Notes: generated by a model from the sequence alone, not told the origin. A stretch of 64,000 bases of DNA from Alphaproteobacteria bacterium (GCA_965227515.1 CBDDFZ010000001.1:3360001-3424000), one strand, 5' to 3'. Shown: positions 38,645 through 50,843, counted from the stretch's first letter. Numbers and translations: made by a program.

Positions 38645-40157
38645 GCACGGTTCCGCCTTCGGGCGTGTGGCCGACGGCAAGTGTCAGCACGTTGTGTTCG
38701 GAGAACTGATCGCGCGTCAGCTCGCCGGCGATCTCACCATTGTGCATCACCAGGATGCGGTCGCTGACGCCGATCACCTCTTCCATGTCGGAGGAGATCA
38801 TCAGGACGGCGACGCCGTGGTCGGCGAGCCCACGCATCAGCTTGTAGATCTCGGTCTTGGCGCCGACATCGATGCCGCGCGTCGGCTCGTCGAAGATGAT
38901 CGCGCGGGGCTCCATGGCCAGCCACTTGGCCAGCACGATCTTCTGCTGGTTGCCGCCCGACAGCTCCATCGCCAGCCGGCCCACATCGGGCGCCTTGATC
39001 GACAGCGCCTCGCGCTGCGCGTTAGCCCGCGCGGTTTCGCGCTTGCGGTCGACCAGACCGCGGCGGCTGAGCGACTTCAGGGCGGGCATGGAAATGTTGT
39101 CCTGGATCGAGAACTCCAGGATCAGGCCGGATTGCTTGCGGTCCTCCGGCACCAGGAACAGCCCGCCGGCAATGGCGTCGCCGGGCGCGTGGTGGGCCAA
39201 GTCCGCACCATCCAGCACGATGCTGCCCTGGATCGCCTGGTCGATGCCGAACACGGCGCGGGCCAGTTCGGTCCGCCCCGCCCCGACGAGGCCCGCCAGG
39301 CCGACGATCTCACCCGCGAACACATCGAGGTCGACGGTGGCGCCCGGATTGGCTTCGGTCTGCAAGCCGTTGATCTGCAGGACCGGCGCGCCGCGCTCGA
39401 TACCCGGTGGATCGTAGAGCGCCTTCAGGTCGCGGCCGATCATCAGCCGGATCATCGCGTCGTGCTCGATCGCGTCGTGGGCAAGTTCGCCGGCGACCTT
39501 GCCGTCGCGCAATACCACCACGCGGTCGGCGCATTCCTCGACCTCGCCGAGCCGATGGGAGACGAAAATCACCGAGATGCCGTCTGCCTTCAGGTTGGCC
39601 ACGATCTCCAGCAGGCGATTGGTTTCCGAGATCGTCAGGCTGGAGGTCGGCTCGTCCATGATGACGACCCGCGCGTCGAGGGAGAGTGCCTTGGCGATCT
39701 CCAGCAACTGGCGCTCGGCCAGCGACAGGCGCAGCACCGGTGTGGTGGGCCCGAAGGTCGCGCCCAGTCGGTCGAGAATGGGCTGCACCCTGGCCGCCAT
39801 CGCCGCGCTGTCGACCAGCCCCAGCCGCCCTTTGCGCAGTTCGCGGCCGATGAATACGTTGGACGCCACGTCCAGATTGTCGAACAGGTTCAGTTCCTGG
39901 TGCACGAAGGCGATGCCGGCGGCCATCGACTGCTGTACCGACAGCGCCTTGTGCGGTTCGCCGCTGAGGCGGATGGTGCCGGCCGACGGCGCGATGACCC
40001 CGCCCAGGACCTTCAGCAGGGTGGACTTGCCGGCGCCGTTCTCGCCGATCAGGCCCAGCACTTCCCCGGGCGCCAATGACATCGAGACGTCATCCAGGGC
40101 GATCACGCCCGGATAGACTTTCGAAATGCCCTGAAGCTGCAGGATAGGCTCGGTCAT
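38637..40157 (-). CDS. Sugar ABC (CUT2) ATP-binding protein, two NBDs
   Basis: GENGAGKS, DEPTSS, LSGGNQQK and DEPTRGIDVG motifs. Confidence 0.92.
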   Translation of the reverse strand: MTEPILQLQGISKVYPGVIALDDVSMSLAPGEVLGLIGENGAGKSTLLKVLGGVIAPSAGTIRLSGEPHKALSVQQSMAAGIAFVHQELNLFDNLDVASNVFIGRELRKGRLGLVDSAAMAARVQPILDRLGATFGPTTPVLRLSLAERQLLEIAKALSLDARVVIMDEPTSSLTISETNRLLEIVANLKADGISVIFVSHRLGEVEECADRVVVLRDGKVAGELAHDAIEHDAMIRLMIGRDLKALYDPPGIERGAPVLQINGLQTEANPGATVDLDVFAGEIVGLAGLVGAGRTELARAVFGIDQAIQGSIVLDGADLAHHAPGDAIAGGLFLVPEDRKQSGLILEFSIQDNISMPALKSLSRRGLVDRKRETARANAQREALSIKAPDVGRLAMELSGGNQQKIVLAKWLAMEPRAIIFDEPTRGIDVGAKTEIYKLMRGLADHGVAVLMISSDMEEVIGVSDRILVMHNGEIAGELTRDQFSEHNVLTLAVGHTPEGGTVHA

Positions 40158-40279
40158 CGGCTTGATGTCGCACCGCGTCGCGCGCGCACCACGGCCATCC
40201 GGAACCCTTCGCCCCGGATGGCTGCAGCGTGCGTGTTACAAGACGGCGACGCGACAGGCGCCGCGCCGCCCACTTGGCG

Positions 40280-41227
40280 TCAGTTGCCTGAGATGCGCGA
40301 GATCAACTCCTCCTGGAACGCATCAACGTTCTCGGACGTGATGATCTTGGTCGGCACGATGATCAGGCCGTCATCCGGGACCATCGACTTGTCGCCTTCC
40401 AGGTAGTCGGCCATCAGGTGCATGCCCTGGTAGCCCCACTCATAGGGCTGCTGCACGACCGTGCCGGCAAAGCTGCCCTCGCGGACCGCGCCCAGCGTAA
40501 TCGGGTCCTCGTCGAACGCGATGACGGTGATCTCGCCCAGCTTGCCCGCGGCTTCCAGCGCCTCGTAGATCTTCGGCGGGTTGTAGGAGTAGAAGCCGAC
40601 CATGCAATCGATTTCAGGCATGGCCGCAAGAACATCGTCCACGTTGGAACGCGCCCGTGCGAAGTCGACATCGTCGCCGCGCACATCGACCAGCTCGATG
40701 CCAGAGCCCTCGACCGCCTGGCGGAAGCCGGCGATGCGCTCGACCGCATTGTCCGCGCCCAGGAAGCCGACGAAGCCCATGCAGGTACCGCCGTCCGGCA
40801 GCGCGCCGATGGCGATTTCACCCGCCTGCACGCCGGCGTCGGTGTTCGACGAGCCGATATAGGCGATGCGGTCGCTGTCCGGCGCGTCGCTGTCGGTGGT
40901 GAACAACGGCACCTGGGCTGCGATGCGGTTGAAAGCGTCGATCGAGGTCTTCGGATCGACCGACGAGATCATGATCGCATCGACGCCGGCAGCGACGAGG
41001 TCATCCATCAGCGCGTTCTGCAATGCAGCCGTGCCCTGGGCCGGATAGCGGAACTGCAGGTCGTAGTCCGGCAGCTCGGCTTGTGCCGCGTTCACGCCGG
41101 CCTCGGCCAGCTTCCAGAAGTCGGACGCCGCGTTGACGACGAACGCCATACTGGGCTTGTCCTGCGCCATCGCGGACGCGGAACCGAAGACGAGTGCCGC
41201 TGCACCCGCCAGCAATGCATATTTCAT
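40280..41227 (-). CDS. Sugar ABC (CUT2) substrate-binding protein
   Basis: Signal peptide MKYALL; DFWK, TDSDAP, YIGSSN and VQQPYEWGY motifs. Confidence 0.9.
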   Translation of the reverse strand: MKYALLAGAAALVFGSASAMAQDKPSMAFVVNAASDFWKLAEAGVNAAQAELPDYDLQFRYPAQGTAALQNALMDDLVAAGVDAIMISSVDPKTSIDAFNRIAAQVPLFTTDSDAPDSDRIAYIGSSNTDAGVQAGEIAIGALPDGGTCMGFVGFLGADNAVERIAGFRQAVEGSGIELVDVRGDDVDFARARSNVDDVLAAMPEIDCMVGFYSYNPPKIYEALEAAGKLGEITVIAFDEDPITLGAVREGSFAGTVVQQPYEWGYQGMHLMADYLEGDKSMVPDDGLIIVPTKIITSENVDAFQEELISRISGN

Positions 41228-41424
41228 TATAGATCCTCCCAGGCCCGGGCTTTGCGTATGCCGCCCAGACTCCTTCACATCGTGGGCAGCCCGCCATGCG
41301 GGCTGCATCTGCCGGCCGGATAACCGGCGCAATCGCGCCGCACCGAACCGCGACCGGCGATGGGATAATACCCACACCGCTCGCGCACGGGCAACGCCGT
41401 TGCCTGCTAAACCCTTCGTCCCGC

Positions 41425-42477
41425 TCAGCCCCGCGCCAGTCTGAGTTTCTGCGCGTAAACGTTGATGATCAGGGCCAATAGCAGGATCAACCCGCGGATC
41501 AGCACCTTCAGGAAACTGTCGATGTCGATGTGGTCCAGCCCGTTGTTCAGCACGCCGAGCACGAACAGGCCGACAATGGTGTTGGGTATGCCCCCTCGCC
41601 CGCCGAACAGGCTGGTGCCGCCCACCACCACGGCGGCGATGCCGTCGAGCAGGTAGTCGTCGAACTCGTTCTGCTGGGCGCTGCCGAAATAGGCGACGCC
41701 GACCATGCCGCCGACGCCGGAGCACATGGCGCCGATGATCAGCACGCTGGCCAGGATGAGCTTGACGTTGACGCCGGAATACTCGGCGGCTTCCCGGTTG
41801 CCGCCGACCATGTACACATAGCGGCCGAAGCGCGTGTACTTCAGGACGAAGTGGCCGGCCGCCAGGAACAGCACGGCGACCACCACGATCCATGGCATGG
41901 ATATGTAGGTGTCCCCGGCCTGGAACTCGAACACGCTGCCGCTGCCCAGGGTCTTGATGAACTCCGGCACGTTGTAGGCGATCTGGCCGCGCACCAGCAT
42001 GGCCGAGACGCCGGCGCCGATCTGCATCATCGCCAGCGTCATGATGAACGATGGGATGCCGATCAGGGTGACGCCAACCGCATTGATGATGCCGAGGCCG
42101 AAGGCGGCGAACAGCGCGATGATGATCGCCGCATACCCCGGCAACGGGACGTTGGCGATGGCAACATACGCTTCCTGGGCGGTGAAGAACGCCAGCACGA
42201 TGCCGACCGCGTTGGCGATCGACGCGATCGACAGATCGATCTCGGCGGTCAGGATGACGAAGGTCAGCCCGGTGGCGATGATGGCGGTGATCGAGATGCC
42301 GCGCAGCACGTTGAAGAGGTTGCTGACGGTCATGAACGAGTCGCTCATGATCCCGAACACCGCGACCAGGAAGATCAGGGTGACGAAGGGGGCGATGTTG
42401 GTCATCTGGCGCGCGAGCCAGTCGCCAATTCCCTTCTGGTTCGCACTGGTCGGCGTGGCCGGCCCCTGTTCAGACAT
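41425..42477 (-). CDS. Sugar ABC (CUT2) permease
   Basis: EIDLS, GGNREAAEYSGV and AAVVVGGTSLFGG motifs. Confidence 0.9.
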   Translation of the reverse strand: MSEQGPATPTSANQKGIGDWLARQMTNIAPFVTLIFLVAVFGIMSDSFMTVSNLFNVLRGISITAIIATGLTFVILTAEIDLSIASIANAVGIVLAFFTAQEAYVAIANVPLPGYAAIIIALFAAFGLGIINAVGVTLIGIPSFIMTLAMMQIGAGVSAMLVRGQIAYNVPEFIKTLGSGSVFEFQAGDTYISMPWIVVVAVLFLAAGHFVLKYTRFGRYVYMVGGNREAAEYSGVNVKLILASVLIIGAMCSGVGGMVGVAYFGSAQQNEFDDYLLDGIAAVVVGGTSLFGGRGGIPNTIVGLFVLGVLNNGLDHIDIDSFLKVLIRGLILLLALIINVYAQKLRLARG

Positions 42478-42515
42478 GCGTAGTTCCCTCGACCCCGTTT
42501 GTTGGTTTCGGCCCG

Positions 42516-44018
<1,503 letters not shown>

Positions 44019-44031
44019 AAGTTTTCCTAAC

Positions 44032-44147
44032 TCGTCATGCCCGGGCTGGCCCCTGCCCCGTTGGCAGGGGCCGAGACCCGGGTATCCACGACTTTCCTAT
44101 TCGCGACAACTAGACGTGGATGCGCGGATCAAGTCCGCGCATGACGA
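44032..44147. repeat. CGTC-type REP inverted dimer with an extra hairpin in the left loop
   Basis: GTCATGCCCGGG-[CT GGCCCCTGCC-CCGTT-GGCAGGGGCC GAGA]-CCCGGGTATCCAC ... GTGGATGCGCGGATCAAGTCCGCGCATGAC. Confidence 0.85.
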
Positions 44148-44172
44148 CAGTGTTTGGCTTCGGCCAACCCGA

Positions 44173-45216
44173 TCAGATCAGGAAGTGCTTCTGCATCCAC
44201 AGCATGCCTTCGGCATTGGCCTGGGTCACGACCGGGCCGTCGGTGATGACGTGCTTCGGAATGCCCTCGCCCGTGGACTCGCCGGTCAGCACAGCGGCGA
44301 CGCCGGCCATCAGCGCACCGCCATGAATGCGGCAGGACGGGTTGCGAACGGTCGCGTACATACGCCCGTCGAGCACGGCCTCGATCGCCGGCGGCATGGC
44401 ATCGACACCGCCGATCAGGATGTCGGTGCGGCCCGCACGCTCCATGGCATTGGCCGCGGCCAGCGCCATGTCGTCATTGTGGAAGAAAGCGGCGTCGATT
44501 TCCGGGTGCTTGGTCAGCAGCGAGTCCCAGATGCGCACGGCATTGGTGACGTCCCAGTCGGCCGGCTGCTCGTCCAGCACTTCGATGCCCGGGAACTTCT
44601 CGACCACCGAGTGGAAGCCGCGTGCGCGGCCCTGGGCGCCGGTGTGGCCCAACGCACCCTGGGTCATCACGATCTTGCCCTCGCCGCCGATGGCGTTGAC
44701 CAGGGCCTGGGTGACCGAGGCACCCATGAATTCGTTGTCGGGCGCCAGGAAGCTGTGAACGTCGATGTCCTCAAGCGGGGCGATCAGCGTGTCCATGTCC
44801 AGCACGGGGATGCCGCGCTCGATCATGCGGTTGACCGGGTCGGTCAGGGTGCCGATGCCGAAGGCCTGGATGGCCACGAAGTCCCAGTCCTGGGACGCCA
44901 TGTTGTCGATGGCCGCGCGCTGCTTGGTGGAGCTGAGCTCGCCGTCGAACCAGGTCACTTCCACGTTGAACAGGCTGCCCCAGTATTCCGCCGCCTGCTT
45001 GCCCTGGGCGCACCACGTCGCCTGCAGGCCGGCATTGGAGAACGCGGCGCGCAGCGGCGTCTCGGAGCGGCCCATCTCCTGCGCCATCGCCTGCGCCAAC
45101 CAGGGATTGAGACCAAGACCGGCCGCCGCCAGGCCGGCAGCGCCGGCTGCCGTCATCGCACCGCCCATGAATGTGCGCCGCGAATGGCCCTCTTTCTTGG
45201 TGTCGTCTTCAGACAT
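44173..45216 (-). CDS. Sugar ABC (CUT2) substrate-binding protein with Tat signal
   Basis: SRRTFM twin-arginine motif; HNDDMALAA and GGVDA. Confidence 0.88.
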   Translation of the reverse strand: MSEDDTKKEGHSRRTFMGGAMTAAGAAGLAAAGLGLNPWLAQAMAQEMGRSETPLRAAFSNAGLQATWCAQGKQAAEYWGSLFNVEVTWFDGELSSTKQRAAIDNMASQDWDFVAIQAFGIGTLTDPVNRMIERGIPVLDMDTLIAPLEDIDVHSFLAPDNEFMGASVTQALVNAIGGEGKIVMTQGALGHTGAQGRARGFHSVVEKFPGIEVLDEQPADWDVTNAVRIWDSLLTKHPEIDAAFFHNDDMALAAANAMERAGRTDILIGGVDAMPPAIEAVLDGRMYATVRNPSCRIHGGALMAGVAAVLTGESTGEGIPKHVITDGPVVTQANAEGMLWMQKHFLI

Positions 45217-45294
45217 CGCGTTTCCTCCAGATTTCTTTAGTGCTTTGTTGGGGGCGGTAGTTAGGCATCCGCTCCGGCTAGGGTCAACGACTTA

Positions 45295-45310
45295 CTGCAA
45301 TCGGTTTCAG
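45295..45310. promoter_or_regulatory. Putative LacI-family operator
   Basis: CTGCAATCGGTTTCAG fits TGnAAnCGnTTnCA and lies next to a minus-strand TTGACC (45287-45282) upstream of the sugar ABC operon. Confidence 0.5.
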
Positions 45311-45406
45311 GGTCTTGACGCCGCAGCGTTTTTTGTTGGGATTTCGGATGCCGAAAAAATAGGCATCCATTCCCGAACCCGAAGGTTGCGACCCACGCAT
45401 GCGGGA

Positions 45407-46609
45407 TCACACCCGCTCCAGCGCCATAGCGATTCCCTGACCAACGCCAATACACATTGTGCATAAGGCAGTTGCGGTCTGTTGTTCGTGTAATTGCTCA
45501 ACCGCGGTCAGCACCAGCCGCGCGCCGGACATGCCGAGCGGGTGGCCAAGCGCGATCGCCCCGCCATTCGGATTGACGTGCTCGGCGTCGTCAGGCAGGC
45601 CCAGATCGCGGGTTACCGCCAGCGCTTGGGCCGCGAACGCCTCGTTCAGCTCGATGACGTCGATGTCGCCGATGGTCTTGCCGAGCCGGGCGAGCAGCTT
45701 GCGGGAGGCCGGCGCCGGCCCGAAACCCATAATCCGCGGCGCCACACCGGCCGTCGCCATGCCTGTGATGCGCGCACGCGGCGTCAGGCCGTGCCTGGCC
45801 GCCGCCGATTCGCTGGCGACGATCAGCGCGGCCGCGCCGTCATTGACGCCGGATGCGTTACCGGCGGTCACCGTGCCGCCGTCGCGAAACGGCGTGGCCA
45901 GCGCCGCCAGCTTTTCCAACGTGGTCTCGCGGGGATGCTCGTCCGTGTCCACCACAACGGGATCGCCCCGCCGTTGCGGGATGGTGACCGGCACGATCTC
46001 GCGCGCGAGCCTGCCGGACGCCTGCGCCCTGGCCGCGCGCTGCTGGCTTCTCAGCGCGAAGCCATCCTGGTCGACACGCGCGATACCGAAGTCCTCGGCC
46101 ACGTTCTCCGCCGTATCCGGCATCGAGTCGACGCCGTACTGCGCCTTCATCTGCCGGTTGACGAAGCGCCAGCCGATGGTGGTGTCGTAGACCTCGGCAT
46201 TGCGCGAGAACGCCGTCTCGGCCTTGCCCATCACGAACGGGGCGCGGCTCATGCTCTCAACCCCGCCTGCGATGATGAGGTCGGCCTCGCCTGCCTTGAT
46301 CGCACGCGCCGCGGTGCCGACCGCATCCATGCCGGAGCCGCACAGGCGGTTGATGGTCGCCCCCGGCACCTCGGTCGGCAGGCCGGCCAGCAGCGACGCC
46401 ATCCGTGCCACATTGCGGTTGTCCTCGCCCGCCTGGTTGGCGCAGCCGGCCAGCGCGTCGTCGATGGCGGCGGCATCCAGCGATGGATTGCGCTCGACCA
46501 CGGCGCGGATGACATGTGCCAGCAGGTCATCGGGCCTGACGGCGGACAATGCGCCGCCATAGCGGCCAATGGGGGTGCGTACCGCGTCGCACACGAAGGC
46601 TTCGGTCAT
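45407..46609 (-). CDS. pcaF: 3-oxoadipyl-CoA thiolase
   Basis: [45 protein letters not shown] and CIGVGQG motifs. Confidence 0.9.
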   Translation of the reverse strand: MTEAFVCDAVRTPIGRYGGALSAVRPDDLLAHVIRAVVERNPSLDAAAIDDALAGCANQAGEDNRNVARMASLLAGLPTEVPGATINRLCGSGMDAVGTAARAIKAGEADLIIAGGVESMSRAPFVMGKAETAFSRNAEVYDTTIGWRFVNRQMKAQYGVDSMPDTAENVAEDFGIARVDQDGFALRSQQRAARAQASGRLAREIVPVTIPQRRGDPVVVDTDEHPRETTLEKLAALATPFRDGGTVTAGNASGVNDGAAALIVASESAAARHGLTPRARITGMATAGVAPRIMGFGPAPASRKLLARLGKTIGDIDVIELNEAFAAQALAVTRDLGLPDDAEHVNPNGGAIALGHPLGMSGARLVLTAVEQLHEQQTATALCTMCIGVGQGIAMALERV

Positions 46610-46743
46610 TTGCTCTCCGGGGATGATGTGGCGGCCGCCACATTATCGGATATCGCCGGCTCTAAATATCGTCGCGTCGCTTTGTTTCGCCGACAAGCAC
46701 GCGAGCTTGGCCTAACATGGCGCCAAAATGGGGGAGGAAAGCC

Positions 46744-47508
46744 ATGCGGCTGAAGGACAAGGTCGCTGTCGTGACCGGCGCGGGTAACGGCATCGGGCGC
46801 GCCATCGCGGAGGTTTTCGCCGCCGAGGGTGCAGCCGTCGTCGTCGCCGATCTGGAGGCCGACAGCGCCCAGGCGGCGGCCGGCGGTATCGTGGCGAAGG
46901 GCGGCGATGCGCTCGCCGTCCAGATGGACACTTCCGACGAGGACGCCGTGGCCGCGTGCGTGACGGCGGCGCTCGACCGCTTCGGGCGCATCGACATCCT
47001 GGTCAACAACGCCGCCGCCTTCGTGCTCGGCAATGTCGAGCAGGTCAGCCGGGCCGATTGGGAGAAGGTGTTCGCGGTCAACGTCATCGGCTACGCCAAC
47101 ATGGTGCGCGCCTGCCTGCCCGCCCTGCGCGCGGCCGGCAACGGGGCGGTGGTGAACATCGCCTCGGTCTCCGGCTTCGTCGCCCAGCCCGACTTCGTGC
47201 CCTACAACGCCTCCAAGGGCGCGGTGCTGCAACTCAACCGCTGCCTGGCCATGGATCTGGCCAAGGACAACATCCGGGTCAACGCGGTCTGCCCCGGCGC
47301 CATTCGCACCCGCGCCACCGACATCCACATCGCCAACCTGGGCACCGACCCGGAGGAGACCTATGCCGAGTTCGGCGCGGCGGCTATGATGAACCGAATG
47401 GGCCGGCCGGAGGAGATCGCCACCGTGGCACTGTTCCTCGCGTCCGAGGATGCCTCATTCATGACCGGCGCACATGTCGTCGTCGACGGTGGCGCGACAC
47501 TGGATTGA
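46744..47508 (+). CDS. SDR family oxidoreductase
   Basis: TGAGNGIG, NNAA and YNASK motifs. Confidence 0.9.
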   Translation: MRLKDKVAVVTGAGNGIGRAIAEVFAAEGAAVVVADLEADSAQAAAGGIVAKGGDALAVQMDTSDEDAVAACVTAALDRFGRIDILVNNAAAFVLGNVEQVSRADWEKVFAVNVIGYANMVRACLPALRAAGNGAVVNIASVSGFVAQPDFVPYNASKGAVLQLNRCLAMDLAKDNIRVNAVCPGAIRTRATDIHIANLGTDPEETYAEFGAAAMMNRMGRPEEIATVALFLASEDASFMTGAHVVVDGGATLD

Positions 47509-47524
47509 GCGGACATCGACACCC

Positions 47525-49216
47525 ATGCACGACCTCCTGATCAAGAACGCGACCATCATCGACGGCACCGGCGCGTCCGGCCGCCCCGGCGACCTGGCGG
47601 TCGACGGCGGCACCATCACCGGCGTCGGCCCCGAGATCCCCGGTCCGGCGACGACCATGATCGACGCCGACGGGCTGGCGCTCGCGCCCGGCATCATCGA
47701 CGGGCACACCCACTACGACGCGCAGATCACGTGGGACGGGTTTGCCCGCCCCTCCCCTGCGCTCGGCGTCACCACGGCGGTGATCGGCAATTGCGGCTTC
47801 GCCATCGCGCCCTGCCGCGCCGCCGACCGCGACCTGACCATGCGCAATCTCACGCACGTCGAGGGCATGTCGCTGGATGCGCTGTCAGCCGGCATAAACT
47901 GGGACTTCGAGACCTTCCCCGAGTACATGGACATGCTGGAGCGGCGCGGCGTCGGCGTGAACATCGCGGCCTACTTCGGGCACTCGTCGGTGCGCACCTA
48001 TGTGCTGGGCGCCGATGCCTCGTCACGTGCGGCCAACGACGACGAGATCGCGCAGATGGCGCGCCTGGTGCGCGAGGCGATGGATGCCGGTGCGCTCGGT
48101 TTCGCGTCGTCCACCAACGAGCCGCACAATGGCGAGAACGGAATTCCCATGCCCTCGCGGCTGGCCGAGTGGAAGGAGTTCGAGGCGCTGTTGTCGGCGA
48201 TGCGGTCCAGCGGCCGTGGGCTGTTCATGCTGACCAAGGGCGGGGGCACGTCGGTTGCCGAGCTGGAAGCACTGGCCGAGAAGACCGGCGCGCCGACACT
48301 GATCGCGGCGATGTTCCATTCCTCGCGCGCGCCGGACGGTGTGTTCAACCAGATCGCGGAGATGAAGGCGGCGCGCGAGCGCGGCCACCCGCTCTACCCG
48401 CAGACCGCATGCTGCCCGCTGGAAATGGAGTTCACGCTCGCCAGCCCCTATCTGTTCGAAGGCTTGCAGGCGTGGCGCCCAGCGATGACCGCTCATGATG
48501 CCGGCGAACTGCGCGCGGTCTATGCCGACCCGGGTTTCCGCGCCGCCGTGAAGGCGGAGATCGCGAATACTCGCGGCGGGCTGTTCAACGGCGAATGGGA
48601 CAAGGTCAACCTGGTCGGCGCCGCCACCCCGGCCAACACCGACAAGGAAGGCGCGCGGCTGAGCGCGTTGTCGGAGAGCGCCGGCACCGATCCCCTTGAC
48701 CTGATGCTCGACATCGGATTGCAGGAGGATCTGGGCACGGTCTATACCGCCCAGCTTCTCCACACTGACGAGAGCGCGGTCACCAGGCTTCTGCAAACGC
48801 CGGAAGCGCACATTTCGCTGTCGGACGCGGGCGCGCACCTGACCTTCCTGTGCGACGCCGGTTTCGGGCTCCACCTGATGGGCTATTGGTCGCGCGAGCG
48901 CGGGGTGATGAGCCTGGAACAGGCGGTCCATCGGCTGACCGGGCAGCCCGCCGCCATCTTCGGCATGCCGAACCGGGGCACGCTGGCGCCGGGCCGGGCG
49001 GCGGACCTGTTGCTGTTCGACCCGAAGACGGTCGGGCGCGGCCAGCGCTATCGGGTCCATGACCTGCCAGCCGGCGAGAGCCGCCTGCACACCGACCCCC
49101 ACGGCGTGCACGGTGTGTGGGTCAACGGCAAGCGCATCGTCGACGAGGCCGGCATGATCGAGGCGGCACCTCTGGCCGGCGAAGTCATGCGCGAATTTGC
49201 GGACTTCGCGGGCTAG
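47525..49216 (+). CDS. Amidohydrolase, N-acyl-D-amino-acid deacylase family
   Basis: PGIIDGHTHYD, GNCGF, SDAGAH and ADLLLFDP motifs. Confidence 0.88.
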   Translation: MHDLLIKNATIIDGTGASGRPGDLAVDGGTITGVGPEIPGPATTMIDADGLALAPGIIDGHTHYDAQITWDGFARPSPALGVTTAVIGNCGFAIAPCRAADRDLTMRNLTHVEGMSLDALSAGINWDFETFPEYMDMLERRGVGVNIAAYFGHSSVRTYVLGADASSRAANDDEIAQMARLVREAMDAGALGFASSTNEPHNGENGIPMPSRLAEWKEFEALLSAMRSSGRGLFMLTKGGGTSVAELEALAEKTGAPTLIAAMFHSSRAPDGVFNQIAEMKAARERGHPLYPQTACCPLEMEFTLASPYLFEGLQAWRPAMTAHDAGELRAVYADPGFRAAVKAEIANTRGGLFNGEWDKVNLVGAATPANTDKEGARLSALSESAGTDPLDLMLDIGLQEDLGTVYTAQLLHTDESAVTRLLQTPEAHISLSDAGAHLTFLCDAGFGLHLMGYWSRERGVMSLEQAVHRLTGQPAAIFGMPNRGTLAPGRAADLLLFDPKTVGRGQRYRVHDLPAGESRLHTDPHGVHGVWVNGKRIVDEAGMIEAAPLAGEVMREFADFAG

Positions 49217-49341
49217 AGCATGATCATTTAAGTCGGCACCGGCCCTCTCCCCCACCCGGCCGCCCAACGACAGTATCCTGCTGGGTGGCCGGGTGGGGGA
49301 GAGGGCTGGCGCAGATTCAGCGTAAGCTGATCCCGATCTAG
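49213..49341. repeat. CTAG-bounded ~129-bp MITE-like element, copy 1
   Basis: CTAGAGCATGATCA ... internal hairpin CCCTCTCCCCCACCCGGCC/GGCCGGGTGGGGGAGAGGG ... TGATCCCGATCTAG. Confidence 0.85.
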
Positions 49342-49730
49342 TCCTCCGTACGCCCGGTGGCGTCGCGATCGCGCTCATAGCTTCGCTTGAGCGGAAACGT
49401 CGGAAGCCACGATTCCCGGCGAACGGTCCACAACTCATAGGTCGGCATCAATTGGTCGGGCGCATCAAGGGTGCCAAGGTGGACCTCGATCTCGTCGCCG
49501 TTTTGCGCGAAGACCGATGACCCGCACGTGGGGCAGAAATGCCTTCCCTTGTAGTCGCGTGTCTCTCCCTCGATGGTCACGGTCTCCTGAGGAAACATCG
49601 CCGCCGCGAAGAACAGCGCGCCATGGTGCTTGCGGCAGTCCAGGCAATGGCAGAGGCCCACCCGATGGGGCGCCCCCGTCGCCACGATGCGGACGCTGCC
49701 GCACAGGCAGCCGCCAGTCACCCGGTCCAT
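49338..49730 (-). CDS. GFA / CENP-V family zinc protein
   Basis: GGCLCG, CHCLDCRK and FCPTCGS motifs. Confidence 0.9.
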   Translation of the reverse strand: MDRVTGGCLCGSVRIVATGAPHRVGLCHCLDCRKHHGALFFAAAMFPQETVTIEGETRDYKGRHFCPTCGSSVFAQNGDEIEVHLGTLDAPDQLMPTYELWTVRRESWLPTFPLKRSYERDRDATGRTED

Positions 49731-49774
49731 GTCTTGTCTCCCAGGGACACCGCAGGCCCGGCGCAGCTAACGAC

Positions 49775-49902
49775 CTAGAGCATGATCACTTAAGTCGGCA
49801 CCGGCCCTCTCCCCCACCCGGCCACCCACGAGAGTATCCTGCTGGGTGGCCGGGTGGGGGAGAGGGCTGGCGCCGATTCAGCGTAAGCTGATCCCGGTCT
49901 AA
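49775..49902. repeat. CTAG-bounded MITE-like element, copy 2 (direct orientation)
   Basis: Near-identical to 49213..49341; ends in GGTCTAA. Confidence 0.85.
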
Positions 49903-49907
49903 TACCT

Positions 49908-50843
49908 TCACTTCACCGCGCCGGTCGACAGACCCTTGATGATGTAGCGTTCCAGGATGATGCCGATTATCGCCAGCGGCAGGATCGCCGTGGTCGAGAT
50001 CGCCGCCATCGTCCACCAGTCGATGCCCTGGCTGCCGGTTTGGCTGGCCACCATCACCGGCAATGTCTTGGCGTCGGTGCTGGTCAGCAGGGCGGCGAAG
50101 AAATACTCGTTCCAGGTCAGCACCATCGACAGGATGAAGGCCGCCACCATGCCGGGCAGCGAGATCGGCACCACGATACGGAAGAACGCGCCCCAGGCGG
50201 ACAGCCCATCGACCAGGGCAGCCTCCTCCAGCTCGGCGGGCAGCGAGCGGAACTGGTCGCGCATGATCCAGACCACGATCGGCAGCACCGACAGCGCATA
50301 GAGCAGGATCAGCCCGATCCGGCTGTCGAGCATGGCCAGTTCCTTGTAGAGGACCAGGAACGGCATCGCGAGCACCACCGGCGGCAGGATCAACTGCGAC
50401 AGCAGGAAGAACGAGACGTCTCGGTTGAGGAACGGGCCCCATTTGTAGCGGAAGCGGCACAGCCCATAGGCGGCCAGCGACCCGATGACGATGGCGAGCA
50501 GCGACGCCGACACCGAGGTAATGACGCTGTTGAAGAACCGGGCCAGGAACTCGTCGCGCACCGTCGAGGTCTCGAAGATCGTGTCGGGCGACAGGCCGAG
50601 CCGGCGCCAGCCCAGCCAGTCCGGGTCAAAATCGAGCCACGGGATCAAGTTGCCGCGCTGCACGTCGCGAGCTGTTTTGAACGAGGTCGTCAGCGTCCAG
50701 TAGATCGGGAACAGGCAGACCAGTGTCCACAGCAGCAGCGCGCCATAGATGGCGGTGCGCGAGAACCAGCGCACGAACCGGGTCGGGTCGTAGACCCGCT
50801 CCTCGTTCGTCGTGCGGGCGCCGTTTGCGGTGCCGGCGGTCAT
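49908..50843 (-). CDS. Carbohydrate ABC permease (MalG-like)
   Basis: LEEAALVDG and WNEYFFA motifs. Confidence 0.9.
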   Translation of the reverse strand: MTAGTANGARTTNEERVYDPTRFVRWFSRTAIYGALLLWTLVCLFPIYWTLTTSFKTARDVQRGNLIPWLDFDPDWLGWRRLGLSPDTIFETSTVRDEFLARFFNSVITSVSASLLAIVIGSLAAYGLCRFRYKWGPFLNRDVSFFLLSQLILPPVVLAMPFLVLYKELAMLDSRIGLILLYALSVLPIVVWIMRDQFRSLPAELEEAALVDGLSAWGAFFRIVVPISLPGMVAAFILSMVLTWNEYFFAALLTSTDAKTLPVMVASQTGSQGIDWWTMAAISTTAILPLAIIGIILERYIIKGLSTGAVK

